Assembly: GCA_051003195.1 (NCBI GenBank)
Contig: JBPCLP010000034.1
Span: 3,850 to 67,849 of the forward strand
DNA: 64,000 nucleotides
Direction of reading: 5' to 3'
Origin: Candidatus Sumerlaeaceae bacterium
GTDB taxonomy: Bacteria > Sumerlaeota > Sumerlaeia > Sumerlaeales > Sumerlaeaceae
Below the pieces are notes generated by a model. The model saw nothing but the letters and a program-made list of their open reading frames with translations. It was not told the DNA's origin and did no database searches. The translations under genes were made by a program, and so were the position numbers. This document shows positions 56,833-64,000 of the stretch, piece by piece; the stretch's first letter is position 1; each line of letters opens with the position of its first letter.

Positions 56833-59800
56833 CTAGTCGTACAATTGCCAATCGTGGGAGGTGGTGATGCCGCCGCCGGAGTTTCCGACGAGCGCGGAGA
56901 TGAGCTGCGCATCGGAAGCGGACGCGGACTCTAGCCGCACGTACACCCAGCACGGCGCGCTGGTGATCCAGGTTGCAATGAAACGGCCGGCACTGGCCTG
57001 CGAAGAGTTTGCCGAGGCGCGCTGCACCAAGGTGTTGACGGGGCATACGGGATCGAGCGCTTCGCCTGCGAGCGACTGGAAGACGGTGACGGTTGCCGGA
57101 TTGGCTGAGGTTGCGTTTGGGTCGGCCGCGATGATGCGCAAGGTTGTGCCGGCCGTGGGCAGCCATGTTTTGTACCAGGCATCTGGAATGGTGTCGCAGC
57201 CGCCAGTGCAGCAGGTGGAACTGCCGCAGGCGGTAAGCGCACCGGAGAACGCAACGCCGCTTTGCATGTTCTGCGCGGTGAGTGGTTCGTCGTTGGGCAC
57301 TGTTTTGGGACAAGCCTGGTTTGTGCCGGCGTTGAACTGCGACTTGTTCTGCGCGACGGAGAGAATGGCGCCGTCGGTGCCGAACACGTTGCCCTGGCCC
57401 TTGGCATTCCACACGGCAAGGAGGTCGGTGCCGTCCATGGCTAAACGCGCATCCGCGTTGTCGACCAGGCCCTCCTGCGGACTGAGAACGTACGGGCTGG
57501 CGCAGACGAGCTGGGCGGGTTGGCTGTTGGTACCGCCGCCGGGATCGGCGTGCGCCATATAGATTGCACCATTCGCGTTCCCGGTGCCGCGGCGCCAGCA
57601 CAGGTGGATTTGTCCTGCGGAATCAGCAAGCAGGTCGTCGAGGCGATCGTCCTCGCGATCGACTTTTGCAAAGTCGGGAAGCAGGAGTTTTGGCTCGGTC
57701 CACGCGGTGGAACTGTTTGGTGTTGTGGAGTAGTAGAGGTCGAGGTCTTCACCGCCCCGCCAGTTTTCCTGCATGGACCACACCGCCAGCCAGAAGCCGC
57801 TGGTTGCGCGTGGTACCCAGCAGATTTGCGGGTTCACGATTTCGCTCGTGGTGCTTCGAACGATTTGCCTGGTGCCTCCCATCAGAACCCGCAGTTCCGT
57901 GTCGTCGGTGGCATGTGGCGGATCACTGGTGGCGGGTTTGACCACGTAGATGTCCATCGAGCTCTCGGACACGGTGGTGCCGGCAGACTGGCTGTAATCG
58001 ACGGTCATAAATGCTGGTGACGCATAGGGTGTGAGGTCGGGTTCGGCAGGGATGACGTTCGCGTTGATGGGAAGCGTGGAAGAATTCTGCCACGATCCGC
58101 TGAGGGGCTGAGTTCGCGTGAACACCGTGCGGCAGCAGGAACAGACCGAGCCGTCGCCTTCCTGCCCGTTGCGAATCCATGTCGCGCTCCATTCGGCGCC
58201 CGAGCCGACGGGACGAAGTATGAGATGGGGGTTCGTGGGTGCGGTGCCGCTGCACGTGAGATCGGTGTCGGATAGTTCCTGTGCGGGGTCCCACGCGCCA
58301 GCGGCAGCGGGCATCCTGATGAGCTTGATCTTCGTGGCGGTCGCAAAGATGATTCGCCACTCGTTGTTGCCGAACACGATCTTCAGCGGCTGGGAAGTAA
58401 CAGCCGGTTCGAGGGCGCCATTGTACGCAATGGTCGCAGGGGACCACGACCTGCCCTTATTGATCGAGCTGGCGACGACGACGTTTCCGTCTGAGTTCCA
58501 TGCGGCGATCATCGATCCTGCGCCGGTGGCGACACTGGGCGATGCCTGCCTGGCGGATCCGCCCGGTGGCATCAGTGTGACGGCACCGGGCGCCTGGTTG
58601 CCCCAACTGATGGTGAGTTGCTGGTCGAACTGGCGGGTGAGATCGGGCGAGCGGACACTGACAAGGTACTGGGCGGTGGCTTTGGTTCGATAGCTGACAG
58701 TCCATTTGCCGAGCGGGTCAGCAGCATTCTGCACGAGTGCGTTGGCCGTGTCGGTGGCACGGTACACTTTGATCACCGGAATCGCACCACCGGGGTCGCT
58801 GAAGAACACCTTCAGGGTATCGCCGACCGGCACAGTCACTTTGTACCAGACGCCGTTGGGAGCGTTGTACGTCAGCGGGCCATGCAGCATCGATCCGTTC
58901 TGCTCGCTGGTGAGAACGTGCGCGCGGACTGCGGCGTCGTTTGTCGGGTAGTTGTCGACGGAAAGATTGGCAGTGCCTGTGAATCCGAACTTCACGATTA
59001 CCTGCGGCGACTGACCAATGATGGGCGACGACGTCACATCGCTGTTGTTCACCTCGAGAGCGGTCCCGGTGGCGATGGCATTGTTGTTGGGGCTGTATTT
59101 GAGCGGATCGTAAACCGCGGCTGTGGCGGGAGCGGGGCAGTTGACCACGATCCTGCGATCGGTATCAAGCGGGTAGCTGACCACGCGATACGTCAGCCCG
59201 GAACCGGACTGCTTTGTTGGACCGTGATACGAGATCGTACGCACGTTTACGGTGGGGCCAAATGCCGGACGGTCGAAAAGGAAGGGAACCAGGCGCTGCA
59301 GATAGGCCTGGTTGCCGAGCGGCGTGAGGTGAATGCCGTCCTCGACTACATAGTCGGGGTGGCGCGCGGATGTGTAGGGCGGGAAATCGGCATAGTGGGG
59401 CACGAAAGCGTGAGGAACAAACGCGTGGGGCGCGGAGGGATCGGGTACAAAGCTCAGTCCGTACGACGTGGATAAATCGCTGAGCCCGCGATTCAATATA
59501 CGAACGGCGCGATCGCGGATTGCTTTGTCGCGGAACTTCAGCGCAGCGCCGTCCTGGCCGTGCGCCATGAGGTGATAGCCCTGGACGATCACGCGGACGT
59601 TCTGCGCATTGTAGGCGGCCATTGCGCGTACAAGCCGCTCGAGGACGTCGTAGTTGCCGTTGCATCCGTCGGACAGCATGTCGGTGCCACAGACGATGTC
59701 TTCGCACAGCTCCTCCTGCTGGGCGAACTGGGCAGGCTGGCGGCAGGGTGCGAAGCCGTAGTCGAGGCCGTTGAAGCCCGCCAGCATTACGATGGTGGAT

Positions 59801-60324
59801 GGACGGCCGAAGCCGGTATAGGAGTCGGGCGTGGTACCGGGCGAAAACAGTCGGTCCAACATCATACGAAGGCGGAAAGTGCCCAGGCCAAGAGAGCCGA
59901 AGTTGACGGAGAGCGGAACGATGGGATTGAACGAATTGGGTGGAGCGTAGCGGAAGTCGCCACGAAAGAGATACGTGATGGTGTCGCCAAGAAATGCGAT
60001 GTCGCCTTCCTGCCATTTCAAGGATGGGTCGGGGTCGCCCTGGTCGTTCTTAAAGGATTCGGCATCGGTGCAGAGGATGCAGTTTTGCACGCGGATGGCA
60101 GCGGCGTAAAGAAGCGCGCAATAGTCGGTGAACCCATTCGCAGCGCAGGAATTGCGGCAGGACCAGTCGCAGATCTCGGCGGTACAATCGCCGGAGGAAG
60201 TGGCTGGCAGTGGAGGTGGCGGAAGGGTGCAGGTGCACGCCGGGCAATCTTCGGCAGGCAGGCTGGAGGGACCCATGAGTACTAGAAGACAGACGAAAAT
60301 GGATGCTCGGCAGAGCCGTCTCAT
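56833..60324 (-). CDS. Large secreted modular protein: Cys-rich N-terminus, SGNH/GDSL-like domain, beta domains, BNR/sialidase-like propeller, C-terminal DWQLYD motif
   Basis: MRRLCRASIFVCLLVLMG signal (ATG 60324); FLGDTITY, LAGFNG, EDGIHLTPLGNQAY; SSINKGRSWS Asp-box-like. Confidence 0.78.
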   Translation of the reverse strand: MRRLCRASIFVCLLVLMGPSSLPAEDCPACTCTLPPPPLPATSSGDCTAEICDWSCRNSCAANGFTDYCALLYAAAIRVQNCILCTDAESFKNDQGDPDPSLKWQEGDIAFLGDTITYLFRGDFRYAPPNSFNPIVPLSVNFGSLGLGTFRLRMMLDRLFSPGTTPDSYTGFGRPSTIVMLAGFNGLDYGFAPCRQPAQFAQQEELCEDIVCGTDMLSDGCNGNYDVLERLVRAMAAYNAQNVRVIVQGYHLMAHGQDGAALKFRDKAIRDRAVRILNRGLSDLSTSYGLSFVPDPSAPHAFVPHAFVPHYADFPPYTSARHPDYVVEDGIHLTPLGNQAYLQRLVPFLFDRPAFGPTVNVRTISYHGPTKQSGSGLTYRVVSYPLDTDRRIVVNCPAPATAAVYDPLKYSPNNNAIATGTALEVNNSDVTSSPIIGQSPQVIVKFGFTGTANLSVDNYPTNDAAVRAHVLTSEQNGSMLHGPLTYNAPNGVWYKVTVPVGDTLKVFFSDPGGAIPVIKVYRATDTANALVQNAADPLGKWTVSYRTKATAQYLVSVRSPDLTRQFDQQLTISWGNQAPGAVTLMPPGGSARQASPSVATGAGSMIAAWNSDGNVVVASSINKGRSWSPATIAYNGALEPAVTSQPLKIVFGNNEWRIIFATATKIKLIRMPAAAGAWDPAQELSDTDLTCSGTAPTNPHLILRPVGSGAEWSATWIRNGQEGDGSVCSCCRTVFTRTQPLSGSWQNSSTLPINANVIPAEPDLTPYASPAFMTVDYSQSAGTTVSESSMDIYVVKPATSDPPHATDDTELRVLMGGTRQIVRSTTSEIVNPQICWVPRATSGFWLAVWSMQENWRGGEDLDLYYSTTPNSSTAWTEPKLLLPDFAKVDREDDRLDDLLADSAGQIHLCWRRGTGNANGAIYMAHADPGGGTNSQPAQLVCASPYVLSPQEGLVDNADARLAMDGTDLLAVWNAKGQGNVFGTDGAILSVAQNKSQFNAGTNQACPKTVPNDEPLTAQNMQSGVAFSGALTACGSSTCCTGGCDTIPDAWYKTWLPTAGTTLRIIAADPNATSANPATVTVFQSLAGEALDPVCPVNTLVQRASANSSQASAGRFIATWITSAPCWVYVRLESASASDAQLISALVGNSGGGITTSHDWQLYD

Positions 60325-60665
60325 AACCGGCGAACGCAGCCCTTTGGCGGGCGAGCCGTGAGGATCCATCGCTGTAATGTGGTCTACCATTAATTCGTAT
60401 TCGGTTCTGTGTGCCGAATTGAGCTCGTCTTCCGCACTCAAACTGGATAGAAACTTCTGATTCGGCACAACTAGTTATAAGCCCGAGTGCTAAAAATTGC
60501 CGGCGTGCAGACTTTACCAGTTTGCATAGGGTTCCGGGCGAATCTTCCCGCTGGCAAACACAGCCATGCGGATGAACGGTTTGTAAAAATTGCGCGTTGA
60601 ATGGTCAACCTCGACTCTAGTTCTTACGTCGAAGCTGATTGCGAGAAAAACAGGGGTAGAACGGC

Positions 60666-62342
60666 ATGGGACTGAACGGACGGCAGTTGCATTGCAGGCA
60701 GGCGGTAGCGGCAGCAGCTGTTGCTGCACTTTGTGTGCTCGCGGCGATGCCTGTGTGTGCGGTCGTGCAAAGTTCGAAGCCGAATATCCTGCTCATTGTC
60801 GCGGACGACCTTGGGTTCAGCGACCTTGGCTGTTACGGCAGCGAGATTGCCACGCCGAACCTGGACAAGCTGGCAGCAGAGGGTGTGCGGTTTTCACAAT
60901 TCTACAATGGCACGCGGTGCTGCCCGTCGCGGGCGTCGCTGCTGACGGGATTGTACGCGCACAAAGCGGGCGTGGGACTGATGGTGAGCGACAACGGCAC
61001 GAGCTTTCCAGCTTACCGTGGTTTCCTGACGACGAACAGCCTGACGCTCGCCGAAGCGCTGAAGCCGGCAGGCTATCGCACCTACATGGTGGGCAAATGG
61101 CACCTGTCGCAGAAGGTGACTCCGGTGCATCGTGGCTTCGATGAGTTCTATGGCATGCTCGGCGGCATTAACCATTTTTTCGCGGAGAAGCCAGGTTACC
61201 GCCGTTTGCCTGAAGGCAGGCCAGTGCGGCAGTATGATGCGGGCAAGTTTTATGCGACGGATGTGTTTGGCGATTACGCGCTGGATTTCATCAATGACGC
61301 CCGCACCAGCGCATCGCAGCCGTGGTTTCTTTACCTGGCATTCAGTGCGCCGCATTTTCCGCTGCACGCACTGCCGGAGGACATCGCGAAGTACGCATCC
61401 ATGTATCAGCAGGGCTGGGACAAAATACGGGAAGGACGCCTGGAGCGGCAGAAGCGCCTTGGACTTATCGACGCAGACACGACGCTTCCACCACGCAGCA
61501 CGATTCCGCCGAACTGGGTGGCGGACCCGCATGGGTGGTCGGGCAAGGAAAACCCCGCATGGGAAAGTATCCAGCCGGCGCGGCAGCGTGACCTGGCGCG
61601 GCGCATGGCGGTGTACGCCGCGATGGTGGACCGGCTGGACCAAAATGTAGGGCGTGTGCTGGAGGACCTGCGCGCGCATGGCGATCTCGACAACACTATT
61701 GTTCTTTTCCTGTCGGATAACGGGGCCTGTGCGGAGTGGGACCCGTGGGGATTCGATAAGAGCTCCGGGACGGACAATGTTCTACACACCGAAGCAGAAC
61801 TGGATGATATGGGAGGCCCCGCGAGTTACCTGAGCTACGGCAGCGGCTGGGCCAATGCGTCCAACACGCCGCTTCGGCTGTATAAACACTACATTCACGA
61901 GGGAGGAATTTCGTCGCCATTGATCGTGCACTGGCCGGCGCAATTGAAAGCGGATGGTGCCTGGCGAAAGCAGGCTGGTCACGTCATTGATGTGATGCCA
62001 ACGCTGCTGGAGGTAGCGGGTGTGTCGTATCCGGAGACACGTTCGGGTCACGAGCTTCCGGCGCTGGCGGGCGTCAGCCTGCTGCCGGCATTGCGTGGGG
62101 AGCCGCTGCAACGCGAGTATCTTGCGTGGGAGCATGAGGGCAATCGCGGCATCCGCGTGGGAGATTGGAAGCTGGTGTCGGTTGGCGCGAATGCGTGGGA
62201 GCTTTACGATATGAGGAAGGACCGGCTGGAGCTGCTTAATCGTGCGGATGCGGAACCCGATCTCGTAAAGCAGATGAGCGACAAATGGGACCTATGGGCG
62301 GCGGAAAACCAGGTGCTGCCGCAACCAGCATTGAAACCATAG
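60666..62342 (+). CDS. Secreted arylsulfatase (formylglycine-dependent, AtsA-like)
   Basis: KPNILLIVADDLG, CCPSRASLLTG (CxPxR), GKWHL, APHFPLHA, SDNG, HEGGI. Confidence 0.93.
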   Translation: MGLNGRQLHCRQAVAAAAVAALCVLAAMPVCAVVQSSKPNILLIVADDLGFSDLGCYGSEIATPNLDKLAAEGVRFSQFYNGTRCCPSRASLLTGLYAHKAGVGLMVSDNGTSFPAYRGFLTTNSLTLAEALKPAGYRTYMVGKWHLSQKVTPVHRGFDEFYGMLGGINHFFAEKPGYRRLPEGRPVRQYDAGKFYATDVFGDYALDFINDARTSASQPWFLYLAFSAPHFPLHALPEDIAKYASMYQQGWDKIREGRLERQKRLGLIDADTTLPPRSTIPPNWVADPHGWSGKENPAWESIQPARQRDLARRMAVYAAMVDRLDQNVGRVLEDLRAHGDLDNTIVLFLSDNGACAEWDPWGFDKSSGTDNVLHTEAELDDMGGPASYLSYGSGWANASNTPLRLYKHYIHEGGISSPLIVHWPAQLKADGAWRKQAGHVIDVMPTLLEVAGVSYPETRSGHELPALAGVSLLPALRGEPLQREYLAWEHEGNRGIRVGDWKLVSVGANAWELYDMRKDRLELLNRADAEPDLVKQMSDKWDLWAAENQVLPQPALKP

Positions 62343-62531
62343 TGCGGCGTCCCATTCGTTCACTGGTTTTGTGTGCCGTCGAGGTCGAAAGCTTCCTGAA
62401 GTATAGCTATGAACTTCTGGGACGGCACACTAGTGCGGCGTTGCTGAAAAAGAGTTGCCGCATGGGTGCACATGCGTTAGCGGCTGCGGACAGATGCTAT
62501 TTTGAAGGCTGGCAAGGAATGTTAACGCCGC

Positions 62532-64000
62532 ATGATTGATGAGGCTGTGGAAAGCGAAGAGCCACCGCGCAAGGGCGTGCGGCTGCTGGAAACGACAGCG
62601 GTCGAAGTGTACCAGCCGTCTGCAGGCGTCCCTGTGGTTTACGAAGCGCAACCGGTGCCGGACGCCTACAACAGGCCATTGCATTCCAAGACGGTGGCGA
62701 TGCTTTTCAATGTTATGCTGCCGATCGCGGCGTTTGTTAACCTCGGGAGCGCCGTAGTAAGCTATGCCATGGCCAGCAGTGGTGCGTTCCTGCCGGGCTT
62801 TTATAATTTCCTGGGCTCAACTGACCTTAGTCTGTTCCTATGGGTGCCGGCGGTCGTGGCACTGGTGGCGATTCTCGTGACCTCTTTTACCTATGTGCTT
62901 TCGCTGGATGATCGGCGCGAGCGGCGTCCGGTGAGACGCCTGCACGTATTGTGGGCGAGCTTCTTCATATTCCTCTCGGGCGCAGCGCTTGGCGCGCTGA
63001 AGGTGACACCTGAAATGGTATGGCCATTTCTTTGCGCGCTGGTGCTCTCGTTGCTGCTGCCGTTTGCGATGCAGGGGTTGGAAGTAATGATCGCCGGGGC
63101 GCTGACAAAATCGGCGGAAGGTTTCCTGCAAACGAATGGACCGTCGGCGGCGCGGGGAATTGCGCGCACATCTTTGCGTTTCAGGCCCGGGGATCGGCAT
63201 GCCGAGCAGGTGTACGGGCTTGCGCTGGCGCGTACGGGGCGGGGCGCGGCGGCATTGCCATACCTGGTGCGGAACTCGTCCGAGATTACGAAGCAGCCAG
63301 CGCCCGTGATAGCGGCGCTGGTGGACGTGTTCGAAGCCGCGGGTAACGAGGAGCACTCTCTGCTGGCCCTGGAGACCGTATATCGCGTGGCACCGTCGAA
63401 GAAGATCTTCGAGCGGCTGATGAACCGCTGGCGCTCACTGGGACGCAAAGAAGATGTGCTGCGCGAGTTGCAGGCACTGCCGCCAAAGGACCGGAAGCGC
63501 TGGCATGAGACATTGCAGGAACTGATTTTCGAAAACGGCGACATTGAGAGATGCCGGGCGTTCTGCCGTGAAATTGAAATGTCGGAGGGTCCGCCCTTCG
63601 CGCAGGCACACCGCTGTTACACCCGGCTGCTGGAGTTGCACCCGCAGGACCTGCCAACGCACCGCGCGCTGATTGAACTGGGACGCCGACGTGGCGATGC
63701 CGATCAATCTGCCGTCCTGCTCGAGCAGGTGATCGAAATGGATGAGGCGCATGCACTGCCGGATCGACGCGGCCTTGTTGCATATTACTGGTCGCGGGGC
63801 GACCGGAAAAACATGCTGCGGCATCTCAACCGCATCTACGAGCAGGGGCAGGCCACGCTCGATGAGAAACTGCGCATCGTGGAGGAGTGTTTTACCGAGG
63901 GGGATTTCGCGCGGGTGGAGGCACTGGTGGGCGAGGATTCGGACCTGGGCAGCAGCCCGCGCGCTCTGATGACACTGGCGCATGCACTGGTGGAACGGAA
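62532..64000 (+). CDS. Membrane protein with about 4 N-terminal TM helices and TPR-like repeats, truncated at the window end
   Basis: Open frame from ATG 62532 (MIDEAVESEEPP...) with no stop seen before 64000; hydrophobic segments, then VYGLALARTGRGAAALPYL-type TPR helices. Absent from the ORF track. Confidence 0.7.
   Translation, partial: MIDEAVESEEPPRKGVRLLETTAVEVYQPSAGVPVVYEAQPVPDAYNRPLHSKTVAMLFNVMLPIAAFVNLGSAVVSYAMASSGAFLPGFYNFLGSTDLSLFLWVPAVVALVAILVTSFTYVLSLDDRRERRPVRRLHVLWASFFIFLSGAALGALKVTPEMVWPFLCALVLSLLLPFAMQGLEVMIAGALTKSAEGFLQTNGPSAARGIARTSLRFRPGDRHAEQVYGLALARTGRGAAALPYLVRNSSEITKQPAPVIAALVDVFEAAGNEEHSLLALETVYRVAPSKKIFERLMNRWRSLGRKEDVLRELQALPPKDRKRWHETLQELIFENGDIERCRAFCREIEMSEGPPFAQAHRCYTRLLELHPQDLPTHRALIELGRRRGDADQSAVLLEQVIEMDEAHALPDRRGLVAYYWSRGDRKNMLRHLNRIYEQGQATLDEKLRIVEECFTEGDFARVEALVGEDSDLGSSPRALMTLAHALVER

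Overview
Bacterial chromosomal window, moderately GC-rich, with no rRNA, tRNA or CRISPR recognised. It mixes housekeeping loci with a long run of secreted, membrane and signalling genes. Housekeeping: hfq; a short dcw cluster mraZ-rsmH-ftsL-ftsI; gcvT-gcvH-gcvPA-gcvPB; a PfpI-family protein; an L,D-transpeptidase; an arylsulfatase. Most notable observations: (1) three unrelated secreted proteins end in the same short motif xT-[TA]-x-x-[DN]-W-x-x-[YF]-x(0-1)-stop, a candidate undescribed sorting or secretion signal; (2) a translationally coupled operon of a TIGR04222 membrane protein (Gly/Ser/Cys tail), a DUF692/MNIO enzyme, a partner protein and a secreted His/EF-hand protein; (3) a single-chain 2-oxoacid dehydrogenase E1alpha-E1beta-lipoyl-FabH fusion with no E2 core; (4) a MetE-like Zn enzyme separated in frame by a single TAG from a PAS-GAF histidine kinase, preceded by an orphan GAF-like protein; (5) a 453-bp element with 16-bp inverted ends, an internal terminator and a GGA-rich tract between ftsL and ftsI; (6) a transmembrane pseudokinase (HRD->HGG). 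Small MITE/REP-like elements and IS remnants are also present. The protein style recalls Candidatus Sumerlaeota (BRC1) or PVC-related lineages, but this is a low-confidence impression. All family assignments come from motif recognition by eye; no database search was run.
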